From positions 60,219-124,218 of the forward strand of contig JAQBRE010000002.1 in NCBI GenBank assembly GCA_028286605.1: 64,000 nucleotides of DNA. Direction: 5' to 3'. This DNA is from Parcubacteria group bacterium (GTDB taxonomy: Bacteria; Patescibacteriota; Minisyncoccia; Phycocordibacterales; Phycocordibacteraceae). Under the pieces are notes generated by a model. The model was not told the origin of the DNA and searched no databases. It saw only the letters and a program-made list of their open reading frames with translations. Within the stretch, counting starts at the first letter, position 1. Each line of letters starts with the position of its first letter. This document shows, piece by piece, positions 1 through 9,711 of this stretch. The position numbers and the translations under genes are program-made.

Positions 1-597
1 GACTCCTTTTCGAACACCAATTAAATAACGACCTAGCTGAATCGCTATTTCAGCTGGCCGAATAGCCAAGACCAAAGTCCAGCCCCCAAGAATGGCAAAC
101 ATCCATCCAAGATTGTTCTGGTAAAAACCGAGAGCACTTATTATCACAACGGGCGTGAATAGCACTTCTCCCTTTCCGAGCACACTGCTCACGCGGTACG
201 CGATTTTACCGATGAGAGTATTTTGCTGGAACACAGCCACAAGCGCCGCAACGGCAACAAATATGGCCACGCAAACAGTCAGAGCATTCAAAAGCACTAA
301 GGCTCCATGGAAACGAACCACACTTGTGAAATCGAGTGGTGCCAGCAAAAGAACAACAGCTATTGCAGTACTTAGTGAGTCTCGAGGCGGAAGGAAGAAA
401 GGCGCAGCAACCAGAACAAGAAGCCAATATGCTGTCGCTGCGAGGAACCAGACACTGGCTCCAGAGCCCGTTGGGATAATTGAACCGGTCGCGAGAAAAA
501 AGAAGATGAGAGCTACGAAAACGTTTATGCCCAATGCTGCCATTCGCCACACTTGAGGCAATGGTTCGATCGGGCCAAGGTTTGAGGTTCCCTTCAT
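1..597 (-). CDS. Multi-pass membrane protein, N-terminal part (runs off the window edge); island cargo
   Basis: Hand-translated open frame from ATG 597 to base 1 (MKGTSNLGPIEPLPQVWRMAALGINVFVALIFFFLATG...), with several hydrophobic segments; not in the ORF track because no stop lies in the window. Confidence 0.75.
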   Translation of the reverse strand, partial: MKGTSNLGPIEPLPQVWRMAALGINVFVALIFFFLATGSIIPTGSGASVWFLAATAYWLLVLVAAPFFLPPRDSLSTAIAVVLLLAPLDFTSVVRFHGALVLLNALTVCVAIFVAVAALVAVFQQNTLIGKIAYRVSSVLGKGEVLFTPVVIISALGFYQNNLGWMFAILGGWTLVLAIRPAEIAIQLGRYLIGVRKGV

Positions 598-1008
598 GAA
601 GGTAAGAGTATCACCGCTTCCGCAGCACGCCAGAGCACATATTTCGCGCATGAACGCTATTTATGAGTAGAGAAAAGCGACATGCCTAAAAACTAACGTT
701 TAGCTAGTAAATAGGGCATATATTCTGAAAACAGCATGTCGCACAACGTCTCTTCCTCGCGCGCGAGGATATGGGGCCGAACAGAATCGGACATGGCCAA
801 AACTAAGCAATAGATAATAAATAAGGCACATATCGGAAAAACACCGTGTCTGATTCGGTCTCTTTTACGCGCGTATGGGCAGAAAAGCGGCATTCTGAAC
901 CTCGCCAAAAGCGAAGTTGTTCAAAATCAGTTTATACGCTTTAGGTAGGCCATATTGCCCTAAAGGACACTTCGCCTAACTTCGCTTTTCCTCGCGTAAT
1001 GGAAGTTG

Positions 1009-1689
1009 CTACGATCCGAAGCTGCCTACCCATGAACCACCCTCTGGCCGGCTACAGACAACCTCGAGACTGCGCGGAACCTGAGTACCACTAGCGAAGC
1101 GAGTACCGTCAGACTTCGTGAACTGGCCCTCCGGAACGACCATTGAATCCATCGTTGTATCTGTCGTCGTGCTCGTACCCTTGAGGCCTGTGGGCGTGTC
1201 GATAAAGTCGAGATGCGTGGTGTACGTATCATTGAGCTTTAGATCGCAGTCGTTCCATTCGAACGAATTGAGATTCTTGATCGTGATGACGGGACTATCG
1301 CCTTCTTGGCTGTCTCCCATCGCCAGACCCAGTGTGCTGATGTGCACACCGAGGTTCATGTCTTCTTTTGGAGCAGTCGATACGTACGCACCCTTCTCAG
1401 GTGGAGCGGTAGCTACCCATGCGATGACAGCAACGATCAGCAGAACAATAACCACTGCAAAGCGCTGCGTCTGGCTGACAGTACGTCCGATCTTCTTCTC
1501 AAGGAACGGGACGGTTGGCGGCATCAATGCTCCCGCTGCGAGGATGTAGAGAATCCCTGCCAGAGGAGTGGTCGTTAGTGATGTGAACCCTGTAAGGAAA
1601 AGAACGATTGAGATGACCCAAAAGGCCAGCTTCAGAGGGCCCGTGTCGCCCTGGTTTTGCCCCGTGTGGGCTTCTGTGGTGGTAACCAT
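1009..1689 (-). CDS. Hypothetical membrane protein (3 N-terminal TM segments, soluble C-domain)
   Basis: ORF 1009..1785; likely start MVTTTEAH at 1689; hydrophobic helices then a Thr/Ser/Gly-rich domain. Confidence 0.7.
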   Translation of the reverse strand: MVTTTEAHTGQNQGDTGPLKLAFWVISIVLFLTGFTSLTTTPLAGILYILAAGALMPPTVPFLEKKIGRTVSQTQRFAVVIVLLIVAVIAWVATAPPEKGAYVSTAPKEDMNLGVHISTLGLAMGDSQEGDSPVITIKNLNSFEWNDCDLKLNDTYTTHLDFIDTPTGLKGTSTTTDTTMDSMVVPEGQFTKSDGTRFASGTQVPRSLEVVCSRPEGGSWVGSFGS

Positions 1690-1938
1690 ACTCTTGATCG
1701 CGAAGTAGGTGGGTAAGCCTGCCAGAGCCTTTGTGTACGCAAAGATCCCGACAGGGGCATACCGGTTTCCCGATACGGCGATCAAGCGAACCCCCTGCCG
1801 GGGTCTTTACGCTTGATCGACTTCTAGCGCCATGCCAGCGTTTCCGCTGGTTTAGGCTCATATTCAGTTGTCTAAAAAGGTTAGCATCCTATGTGAACCC
1901 TTACCACTCCTTGATGTTTCTTTAGGAAAAAGCATAGA

Positions 1939-2661
1939 ATGCGACTAATGGCCCGCGGCAGACAATATGAAGGGGTGGTTGTGCTGCAAAGACTCCTCGA
2001 GCAGCGCCTTAACGATTCAAATCATCAAGCGCTCTATTTATCCTATGAGGATCTGGCAAACTTTAGCCCTCTTTTAAAAGAGCCAATGGGAGTGGAGAAG
2101 TTTTTTGAGGTCATACAGAACGAGACCAACAAAAATATCACCTACAAAATAAAGATTCTACGGAAAGCCCTGCCCCACAGAGCCGGTAATGAAGCTGTAT
2201 ACCCTCCCCTTTCTGATCCGTCACCTGTCGGCATAGACGTGCACGTCTCAGATCTGCAGATGCTAAAGAATTATTTTGAGTGCGCGCGTTCAAAAGATGG
2301 CGCTGGAAAATCTGCTTTGAACAAAATTATGTCGATTGATATCGTGCCACGCGTGGAAGACTCAAAAGCTGTGATCGTTATAAATGGGAAACCCAACAAA
2401 GATCCTTTGATTATAAATATGGATGGGAAACTATGGAGTAGCTTGATTGAAGTAGCTCAGAGGGGTAGTGCGAATCCCGAAGATGTAAAAGACGTGTCAG
2501 ATTATTTCAATAAAAATAAGAAGTGTCCTATCTACAAAGAGGGGTACGAGCTAAGTGAAATCCTTGTGCCCGATCACGGCACCTTGCGCGCAGGACCAGG
2601 AGTAAAACTTTCAATGCGTACGAAGAAGTATTTGTCTCAGAGAAGAAATAATGTAGCTTAA
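1939..2661 (+). CDS. Hypothetical protein (island)
   Basis: 240-aa ORF, no recognisable motif. Confidence 0.65.
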   Translation: MRLMARGRQYEGVVVLQRLLEQRLNDSNHQALYLSYEDLANFSPLLKEPMGVEKFFEVIQNETNKNITYKIKILRKALPHRAGNEAVYPPLSDPSPVGIDVHVSDLQMLKNYFECARSKDGAGKSALNKIMSIDIVPRVEDSKAVIVINGKPNKDPLIINMDGKLWSSLIEVAQRGSANPEDVKDVSDYFNKNKKCPIYKEGYELSEILVPDHGTLRAGPGVKLSMRTKKYLSQRRNNVA

Positions 2662-2774
2662 AAAAGCTTAAAAGTGGATAACCATTTGGAGGAACGAAAT
2701 CACCTATAGAAAGTGGGTGGTTTTTTATTTCATAGAAACGTGATTAAGCCTTCTTCACTTGGAAGCATGGGTGA

Positions 2775-2915
2775 ATGGCACCTGTCGAGACATCCGAGAA
2801 AGCTTCCCAAAAAGCAGTCGATCTGTTTCTCGACCGCCTAGTAGAAATCTTGCTCATGCAGGTTGAGCAAGATTCAGAAACACAAGCAGAGGTAGTCAGC
2901 GGATCCTCTAAATAA
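2775..2915 (+). CDS. Small hypothetical protein (46 aa)
   Basis: Hand translation MAPVETSEKASQKAVDLFLDRLVEILLMQVEQDSETQAEVVSGSSK; amphipathic helix. Confidence 0.45.
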   Translation: MAPVETSEKASQKAVDLFLDRLVEILLMQVEQDSETQAEVVSGSSK

Positions 2916-3158
2916 AATTGGCTGCAACTTATTGGTGGGTAGATATCAGTCCTCGCTCTGGGTGAACACTTCCCAACGAGGCACCTTATCTGCCCGTCAG
3001 TAAAACGAATGGAGCACTCTTTATCAGACAAAGATTCAGGAAACAAAGGGACCTGACTGATTGAAAGAGCATCTAGCTTGTGTACTCATATTGTTGGTTA
3101 TTTAGATTTCCAGTGCCCATAAGGGAAATAAAAGTGCAGATAAGAATTGTAAACAATT

Positions 3159-3371
3159 ATGAAAAAACGAAAGAAGACACTGCAAGAAATTGCTACACGC
3201 GAATTGAAAAAGAGTTCGCAGCGTTTCAAGCCTAAGAGAAAAACTATTCTGGTGCGCATTCAGTCTAAATGGCGCCGACACCTTAAGGAGAGAGCACGGG
3301 CCAGAAGCCTGACACTCTCGAAGCTCCATGACGAAATATATCCTCATTACTTCAAGTGTGAGCGTTATTGA
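3159..3371 (+). CDS. Small basic protein, possible ribbon-helix-helix DNA-binding protein
   Basis: KTILVRIQSKWRRHLKERARARSLTLSKLHDEI fits a beta-helix-helix pattern; directly upstream of the recombinase. Confidence 0.5.
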   Translation: MKKRKKTLQEIATRELKKSSQRFKPKRKTILVRIQSKWRRHLKERARARSLTLSKLHDEIYPHYFKCERY

Positions 3372-3502
3372 ATCCAGATGTAAGAAGTAGTCAAAGTTAT
3401 CCCCTACTCGCTCTGCGGCACCCTGAATTAAGGGTTGCACAGGGGCACTTCTTGTCGCTATCGAGAGTAATTAGCTTGATAATTAGTTATATAAACCATC
3501 TT

Positions 3503-5107
3503 ATGAAAACAGCACTTATTTACTGTCGCGTGAGTACCGATGAGCAAGCCGAGAGCGATCATTATTCGCTTGGGACACAGCTGGAGCTTTGCGAGCGCGC
3601 CATAGAGACTCACAATGATTACCGTCTCGCTGACGAAGGGAAATACGAAGACCCAGGACGAAGTGCCACTAACATGAGCAGGCCAGGCCTGCAGGATTTA
3701 CTTCTGCGCGTACAAGAAGATAAAAAAGTAGGAGCAGTCTTCGTGCAGGACACTGACAGATTGGCGCGCAACGTGAATGATCACATGATAATTAAGGCGC
3801 TTCTGAAGAAGCATGGGGTGGAACTAATCTCCGTATCACAACCAGGGCTTGAAGACACTGCCGAGGGCAACTTAATGGATGTAGTCATCGCTGGCATTAA
3901 TCAGTTTCAATCACAGATAACTGCGCGAAAGACGATGAAGAGCCTTGAGCAGAAGTTCCGTGACGGAGGCTGGCCAACGCGCGCAGCACCTGGATACCTT
4001 AACGTTGAAGGAACAGGTGGTGAAAAGCATCGCGTTGTTGTACTTGATCCAGAGCGTGCGCACTTCATTACAGAAGCCTTCAAGATGTACGCGACTGGCG
4101 ATTACTCCGTTATAGCCGTTAGGGACGCGATCACGAAGCAAGGATTTAGAACCCGCACGGGTAAACATCTTGCCCATAGCAAGATGACGACCTTACTGCA
4201 AAACCATTTCTACTACGGAGAAATGCGTTGGCGTGGACTCGTGGGGCCGGGTAAGCATGAACCACTTATCGACCGTGACACGTTCGACCGCTGCCAACTT
4301 GTTGCGAAGCAGCACCGAGGCAACAGGTGCAAGCGAGGTAAGTTCAACTTTATACTTCGCGGCTTCGTGTCGTGCGGCCTGTGCGGTTACCGCTATACAG
4401 CGGAACATCACCCCAAGAAGGACAAGTCTTACTACCATTGCAGTCATTATGGTAATCGAAAAGAAGCAGGTGATGCGGGGAAATGTGCAGACCGCTACGT
4501 GGAAATAGGCGATCTCGAAGGACAGGTGCAAGCTCACTTCGATAGGATTCAGTTTTCAGAAGAGTTTGTGAGCAAGATTGAATCAAGACTCCAGCATGTT
4601 TACAAGGCAAAGCGTGATTCGGTAAGCCAAAATAAGAAGCGCCTTCAAAAGAGCAAGGAAGCATTACAAGACAAGCTCGGAGTTGCCGAAGAGAAACTGA
4701 TTACAGGCGTGCTAGATGACCAGGGCTTTACTCGCCTCAAAGCCCGCTACCGCGAACAAATAGAGGGAATAGAAGACGAGCTGTTCAGACTAGATCGTTC
4801 CAAGAACATCAAAGTAGATGTAATTCAGCAAGTACTGGCACTGGTGCGCGATATAGGCACGACCTACAAGAAGGCACCGCCCGAACTACAACGTCTCTAC
4901 CTAGGCCTATTCTGGGAGGGTTTTGTAGCGCAGAACCGTCTCATCACTAAAGCTAGCAAGTCCCCTATCGTAGAGGCTGTGGAGGCCGTAGGAGCGATAT
5001 CTTATCGCGTCCTACGAAGCGCACCAGCAGAGCTGGAAACAGAAGTAGGAACCGAAGTTATATTAAGCACCGTTAGGGGCGGCCACCGGGAATCGAACCC
5101 GAATTGA
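3503..5107 (+). CDS. Large serine recombinase (resolvase, recombinase, Zn-ribbon domains)
   Basis: YCRVST catalytic Ser motif, RPGL, DRLAR, GYLN, G-HEPLID, CxxC...YYHC Zn ribbon, coiled coil; start MKTALIY at 3503. Confidence 0.95.
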   Translation: MKTALIYCRVSTDEQAESDHYSLGTQLELCERAIETHNDYRLADEGKYEDPGRSATNMSRPGLQDLLLRVQEDKKVGAVFVQDTDRLARNVNDHMIIKALLKKHGVELISVSQPGLEDTAEGNLMDVVIAGINQFQSQITARKTMKSLEQKFRDGGWPTRAAPGYLNVEGTGGEKHRVVVLDPERAHFITEAFKMYATGDYSVIAVRDAITKQGFRTRTGKHLAHSKMTTLLQNHFYYGEMRWRGLVGPGKHEPLIDRDTFDRCQLVAKQHRGNRCKRGKFNFILRGFVSCGLCGYRYTAEHHPKKDKSYYHCSHYGNRKEAGDAGKCADRYVEIGDLEGQVQAHFDRIQFSEEFVSKIESRLQHVYKAKRDSVSQNKKRLQKSKEALQDKLGVAEEKLITGVLDDQGFTRLKARYREQIEGIEDELFRLDRSKNIKVDVIQQVLALVRDIGTTYKKAPPELQRLYLGLFWEGFVAQNRLITKASKSPIVEAVEAVGAISYRVLRSAPAELETEVGTEVILSTVRGGHRESNPN

Positions 5108-5150
5108 CAGAACCACAATCTGTAGTGTTAACCGTTACACCATGGCCGCC
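5078..5150 (-). tRNA. tRNA-His(GTG)
   Basis: G-1 then GCGGCCA/TGGCCGC acceptor stem, ACAGA-TTGTGGT-TCTGT anticodon arm, GGTTCGATTCC. Confidence 0.95.
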
Positions 5151-5202
5151 ATGCAACGCACTGATATCCGTATCATGCGCACGTACGCACCATATAGATA
5201 TC

Positions 5203-5287
5203 TGGTGCCCGAGAGAGGACTTGAACCTCCACGCCTTGCGGCACATCCACCTCAAGGATGCTTGTCTACCAATTTCAACACCCGGGC
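5203..5287 (-). tRNA. tRNA-Leu(GAG)
   Basis: Cloverleaf with long variable arm, CATCC-TTGAGGT-GGATG, encoded CCA. Confidence 0.95.
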
Positions 5288-5331
5288 AGGTGACCCTTGC
5301 GGGATTTTTCCACTATACGGAATCTGAGAGC

Positions 5332-5369
5332 AAAAAGAAAGGGCCGCTCGAAGAGCGGCCCTTTCTTTT
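5332..5369. terminator. Intrinsic terminator after rplS
   Basis: AAAGAAAGGGCCGCTC-GAA-GAGCGGCCCTTTCTTT hairpin. Confidence 0.8.
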
Positions 5370-5384
5370 ATCAAACTGCGCAGC

Positions 5385-5948
5385 TTATTCTGCTGCCGCT
5401 TCTGCCGGAGCTTCCTCCGTAACCTCGACGGTCTCTACTTCTGCAGCCTCTGGCTCGCCAGCGACTTCTTCTGCAAGAGCCACCTCCTCACCTGCGGGGT
5501 TCTGGATAGGATCCTTTTCCATGACCTCCTCCACCGCGACTTCCTCGGCCACGACAGGCTCTTCCTTGAAGTCGTCCGTAGACATCTTCACCATGCGCAT
5601 GTTGCGAAGCTGGCGACGTACTTCACGGGCAACCTTCTCGCGGATGAAGTAGAGCTTCGCGCGGCGGACCTTCGAACGGCGGACGATCTCGATCTTCGAG
5701 ATGAACGGGGCGAATAGTGGGAAAATACGCTCAACGCCGACACCCGACATAGTCGCACGAACGGTGAAGGTAGCGCCTGCTTCCGTGCCGTGCTTAACCG
5801 CGATAACGAGGCCTTCGAAGACCTGCGTACGGCTCTTGCCCTTCTCGACGATGTTCTGGTGCACGCGGACCGTATCGCCTGGGCGGATGCCAAGACCGGT
5901 ACGTTCAGCGGTTTTTACCGGGGTTATAACAGAATTCATAGTAGGCAA
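5385..5948 (-). CDS. rplS: 50S ribosomal protein L19 with acidic C-terminal tail
   Basis: [38 protein letters not shown]. Confidence 0.97.
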   Translation of the reverse strand: MPTMNSVITPVKTAERTGLGIRPGDTVRVHQNIVEKGKSRTQVFEGLVIAVKHGTEAGATFTVRATMSGVGVERIFPLFAPFISKIEIVRRSKVRRAKLYFIREKVAREVRRQLRNMRMVKMSTDDFKEEPVVAEEVAVEEVMEKDPIQNPAGEEVALAEEVAGEPEAAEVETVEVTEEAPAEAAAE

Positions 5949-5997
5949 AATCTAACACACGCCTTATATAAAAGCAAAATAGGCCTCTTCAGGAATC

Positions 5998-6729
5998 CTA
6001 TATAAGCCCTTCAGTATTAGGGAATTTAGCTACTGCGGCCTTGAAGACTTCAGGAATCGGTGAGGTCAGGGTGATGCGTTCGCCAGAAGGCAGCGGAAGG
6101 TCTAGCTGGTAGGCATGGAGACCAAGACGCTTGAAGCCGAGGTCACAGGGATGATTCGGCGAATAGAGCGGATCGCAGACTATGGGGTGATGAATCGCCT
6201 TAAGATGCACGCGAATCTGATGCGTGCGGCCGGTCTCTGGCATCATCTTTACGAGGCTGTGGGTACCGATATCGCCGACCACTTCGTAATTCGTAATCGC
6301 TTCGCGCAGCATGCCTTTGGCACCGCGCTGTGCGGAACGCAAGCGGAAATCAGTGCGCGAACGCCCTATAGCAAGATTAATCACTCCCTTCTCCTCCTTA
6401 AGCACGCCGTACACGAAAGCGAGGTAGGTCTTGTTCACGGTGTGTTCCTGGAATGCGAGCTTAAGGAACGCGTGCGCTTCAGGCGTCTTGGCGAGTATGA
6501 GCACGCCGGAGGTGTCGCGATCGAGACGATGCACGATGCCGGGGCGCATGATTTCAGAGCCATCACGCATGCGCTGCGTCTCCCCCACTTCTTTCGAAGC
6601 GGGATATTTCACAGCGAACCAGTCGCTGACGGTCTCCTCTTTCGAGTGACCATCCGGGTGCGCCATGACGCCGATAGGCTTATCTATGGCCACGAGGTTC
6701 GCATCTTCATATAAGATAGGAAAATCCAT
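5998..6729 (-). CDS. RluA-family pseudouridine synthase
   Basis: DKPIG, GIVHRLDRDTSG, TGRTHQIRVH. Confidence 0.95.
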   Translation of the reverse strand: MDFPILYEDANLVAIDKPIGVMAHPDGHSKEETVSDWFAVKYPASKEVGETQRMRDGSEIMRPGIVHRLDRDTSGVLILAKTPEAHAFLKLAFQEHTVNKTYLAFVYGVLKEEKGVINLAIGRSRTDFRLRSAQRGAKGMLREAITNYEVVGDIGTHSLVKMMPETGRTHQIRVHLKAIHHPIVCDPLYSPNHPCDLGFKRLGLHAYQLDLPLPSGERITLTSPIPEVFKAAVAKFPNTEGLI

Positions 6730-6791
6730 ACCGGCAGCCTAGCATATATGGCCTTTTCTCGGGTATAAAAATGAGGTATGGTATCCAGTAC

Positions 6792-6864
6792 GGGCGATTA
6801 GCTCAGTTGGTAGAGCGCTTCATTTACACTGAAGATGTCGGGGGTTCGAGCCCTCCATCGCCCA
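6792..6864 (+). tRNA. tRNA-Val(TAC)
   Basis: GGGCGAT/ATCGCCC, CTTCA-TTTACAC-TGAAG. Confidence 0.95.
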
Positions 6865-6870
6865 CAAATG

Positions 6871-6899
6871 AAAAAACCGCAGCGGGGCTGCGGTTTTTT
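6871..6899. terminator. Bidirectional terminator between convergent tRNAs
   Basis: AAAAAACCGCAGC-GGG-GCTGCGGTTTTTT. Confidence 0.8.
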
Positions 6900-6929
6900 C
6901 ATTTGTGCACTTCCACGTATTTCTATCTG

Positions 6930-7011
6930 TGCCGTGGGAGGGACTCGAACCCTCAACCCTTGCAGGATACGCTTCTGAGGCGTACGCGTATACCAATTCC
7001 GCCACCACGGC
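6930..7011 (-). tRNA. tRNA-Leu(CAG)
   Basis: TACGC-CTCAGAA-GCGTA, long variable arm. Confidence 0.95.
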
Positions 7012-7027
7012 ATATGCATCATTCTTG

Positions 7028-7099
7028 TGTCCCCACCAGGAATCGAACCTAGATCTACGGCTTAGAAGTCCGCAGCTTTATCCATTAAGCTATGGGGAC
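7028..7099 (-). tRNA. tRNA-Arg(TCT)
   Basis: GTCCCCA/TGGGGAC, anticodon loop CTTCTAA. Confidence 0.9.
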
Positions 7100-7108
7100 T
7101 TCTAAACA

Positions 7109-7489
7109 CTAGCTCGCGGGTGCAGCAGGGTCAACGACGCGTGTCGTCGTGCTTGTAGGAATGCTCGCAGGTGTTGCAACCGGTACTGTGGGATTCGACG
7201 GATCGACGAAGTGCGAATTCTTATAGTTTGTTTCGGTAGCGGCACGACTCTGGAAGAGCGTGTTCACTGAATCGATCGATGCAGGGTTGAGCGATTGCTG
7301 CACCGTTGCGGTGCCGATCGCGTCGCCATTCGTAACGCGCAGGAACAGCCAGACATTCCATCCGATGCTTGCGATAAGGAGTACAGTCGCGATAGCAACG
7401 AGCATGAGCCAGTCGCGCGATGGATTCAGCCGATCGCCATACCGGAATGGATTCGATGCGCTTTTAAATTTTGGGAGGGAGAGATTCAT
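7109..7489 (-). CDS. Single-pass membrane protein, last gene of the pilMNO operon
   Basis: Start MNLSLPK at 7489; one TM helix; Pro/Thr-rich tail. Confidence 0.7.
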   Translation of the reverse strand: MNLSLPKFKSASNPFRYGDRLNPSRDWLMLVAIATVLLIASIGWNVWLFLRVTNGDAIGTATVQQSLNPASIDSVNTLFQSRAATETNYKNSHFVDPSNPTVPVATPASIPTSTTTRVVDPAAPAS

Positions 7490-7490
7490 A

Positions 7491-8060
7491 TTATTGGGTA
7501 GGGTCTGCTGCGGGCGCGGGTGCCGGGGCGACATGCGGCGTGCTGCTTGCAGGGCCAGTGCCCACACTGAAGGATGCCGCCACAGACCAGTTCCCTGGCG
7601 AAGCTGTATCGAGCGAAAGATTCTTAAGCTTTATATCGTAGGGCGCGTATTCGAGCGCACCAAGGGTGCGCTCTACTGAATCGAACGTACCGGAAATAGT
7701 AACGGAGAGGTTCAGATGACTCTGACCGGCAGTAGGCGCACTGTCTGCACCAACAGAAACAACATCTACCTTTGAACCGAGGGCTGCACCCGTTGCGGTT
7801 AGGCTGCCAAGAAATGGAACGACATCGTTCGCAGAAATGAAGTGTGATGAAACAGATGATTCATCATCTGAGAGTGCGGCGAGTGCGGCTTTCGCCTCAG
7901 CGATACGCGACGCATCCTGACTCTTGGTCTCAATTTCCCCGGCAATCGAACGGGCTTTCGCATTCTCTGTATCGACCATCACGAACCATACGCCGTAGGC
8001 TGCAACCACAATGACAAGCGCGATACCTGCGAACATAAGATGGATCAAGGGTTTTTTCAT
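7491..8060 (-). CDS. PilO-like type IV pilus assembly protein
   Basis: N-terminal TM, coiled coil, LSVTISGTF..LE.PY ferredoxin-like pattern; operon position. Confidence 0.65.
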   Translation of the reverse strand: MKKPLIHLMFAGIALVIVVAAYGVWFVMVDTENAKARSIAGEIETKSQDASRIAEAKAALAALSDDESSVSSHFISANDVVPFLGSLTATGAALGSKVDVVSVGADSAPTAGQSHLNLSVTISGTFDSVERTLGALEYAPYDIKLKNLSLDTASPGNWSVAASFSVGTGPASSTPHVAPAPAPAADPTQ

Positions 8061-8617
8061 GGTCGTAAAGAGCCCGTCAGAGTGATGGTGAACGGGATGT
8101 TGCTGTCTTTCGCATATGCGCTGATGGGAAGATCAGCATTCGTAACGAACGGAAGCGCACCAAGCGCGAGCGCATACGCACGAAGGGTGTCGCGCGTTGC
8201 TGCCATGCCCGAGATGCCCATGGTTCCTTGTTTGCCAGGGGTTGCAGGCGTGAAGGTGAATCCGCTGAGCGTTATGCCGGTGCGCGGTGCGGCAAGCATC
8301 GCACGAAGAACGGCACTCGCGGTTGTCGTAGTCGCAAGCGTATTCAAATAGGCAACATTCGTTGAAAGCTGGCCGAGGCGCTTTCGCACCTGCGCTTCTT
8401 CAGACGTATTCAGGCTCGCATTCAGGGTCGCGAGCTGTGCCGACTCCCTTTTCACTTCACTATGCGCAAAGATGTAGCTCGGCAGCAGCAGCAAGCCGTG
8501 AAGTACGACGAGACCCGCAAGCATCCCGCAGCCGAGCGCAGCGACGCGCAAGAAATAGCCGCGTCTGAACGCATTGATATTCGAACGTGGCAAAAGATTA
8601 GTGAGTTCAGGAAACAT
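8057..8617 (-). CDS. PilN-like type IV pilus assembly protein
   Basis: N-terminal NLLP motif, TM, ISGMAATR; follows pilM. Confidence 0.8.
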   Translation of the reverse strand: MFPELTNLLPRSNINAFRRGYFLRVAALGCGMLAGLVVLHGLLLLPSYIFAHSEVKRESAQLATLNASLNTSEEAQVRKRLGQLSTNVAYLNTLATTTTASAVLRAMLAAPRTGITLSGFTFTPATPGKQGTMGISGMAATRDTLRAYALALGALPFVTNADLPISAYAKDSNIPFTITLTGSLRP

Positions 8618-9692
8618 ATTCTCGTAGAGCGAGTCCGACGGCGGTGCCGTAGGCAAGCGACTCCATATAATCTACTTGCGGCAGCCAGTCGTCGCGCGAT
8701 GCAAGATTCTTAAATACGTCGCCGAGCTCGACCGGAATCTTAAGCGATGCGCCCAGATATTCCGGCAAGCCGCGTACGGTCGCATTCCCTCCTACGAGAA
8801 TCGCGCGCGTTACGGGCTCATGTGCAGGAATCTGGCCCGCACGGCTCTGCCAGTAATCAAGACGACGCACGATCTCTTCGCGGATAACGGAGACGGTCGT
8901 GAGCATCGCGGCCTGATATTCTGCACTGTCTGCTCCTGCAACGAGACCCTGCTCCGCCTTCACGCGCTTCGCTTCTTCTTCGGTAACACCGAAGTGTTTC
9001 TGTACGGCGAGTGTAAGCGCGTGGCCGCCAACCTCGATCGTGGTGGCGAAGCGCGGCAAACGATGCGATACGACAAGAAGCTTCGTGGTGGTCTTGCCGA
9101 TGTCGATGATCATAACGGTTTCCGGATCGCCGTGCGGTAGTATCGCGCGCGGTAGTGCGAACGTCTCGCTTTCGAGCGCGCGAACGATGATGCCTGCGTC
9201 TTCGAATACCTGAAGTGCTGCGTCTGCGACGCGACGCGCATAGCCTATTCCCACCACATGCACCTCATCACCTTTCTGCGTGAGCGGCGCGACGTCGAAC
9301 GCCACTTCGGCCGGCGGTAGTGGCACGTATTCATCAAGATGCTGTTCGATACTCGTGCGCCATTCGCGACGGGTCGATCCGGTTGCGTCTGCCTCGAACA
9401 GATAACCGCGCGCTTCAGGTAGCGTGATATTCGCGCGCTTCACGCCGTGGCGCTGCGCCACGTCTGCGAGCGTCTTCGCGAGCGTTACGTGATCTGCGAT
9501 CTCGCCGTTCTGGATGATGCCGGGCGCAAGCTTCTCTTCAGCGATAGTAACGACCTCAAGGCCATGCAAACGTTCTTTCAGGATTACGGTTTTGATACCG
9601 CTTGCAGAAATATCCATGCCTGCGGTGGGAAGGGCCAGGTAATCAGGAGGAGCGAACTCCACGCGTGCAAAGTTAGAGAACGGATTCGCCAT
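8607..9692 (-). CDS. pilM: Type IV pilus assembly protein PilM
   Basis: GMDIS, IIDIGKTTT, LVGGNA, AVGLALR actin-like fold; start MANPF at 9692. Confidence 0.9.
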   Translation of the reverse strand: MANPFSNFARVEFAPPDYLALPTAGMDISASGIKTVILKERLHGLEVVTIAEEKLAPGIIQNGEIADHVTLAKTLADVAQRHGVKRANITLPEARGYLFEADATGSTRREWRTSIEQHLDEYVPLPPAEVAFDVAPLTQKGDEVHVVGIGYARRVADAALQVFEDAGIIVRALESETFALPRAILPHGDPETVMIIDIGKTTTKLLVVSHRLPRFATTIEVGGHALTLAVQKHFGVTEEEAKRVKAEQGLVAGADSAEYQAAMLTTVSVIREEIVRRLDYWQSRAGQIPAHEPVTRAILVGGNATVRGLPEYLGASLKIPVELGDVFKNLASRDDWLPQVDYMESLAYGTAVGLALREYVS

Positions 9693-9711
9693 TACGAAAT
9701 AGTATAACGCG

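Larger units (their letters stand above)
1..5107. mobile_element. Right part of an integrative genomic island ending at the tRNA-His 3' end
   Basis: Large serine recombinase convergent on and overlapping tRNA-His; ORFan cargo; visibly more AT-rich than the core genes after 5150. Confidence 0.75.

Noticed and set aside
155-556. Plus-strand 133-aa ORF, and the many other nested antisense ORFs in the track
   Set aside because: Shadows of real genes on the opposite strand
5104-5652. ORFs spanning tRNA genes (also 6771-7105, the 10807 extension, 63011-63259)
   Set aside because: They overlap clear tRNA cloverleaves
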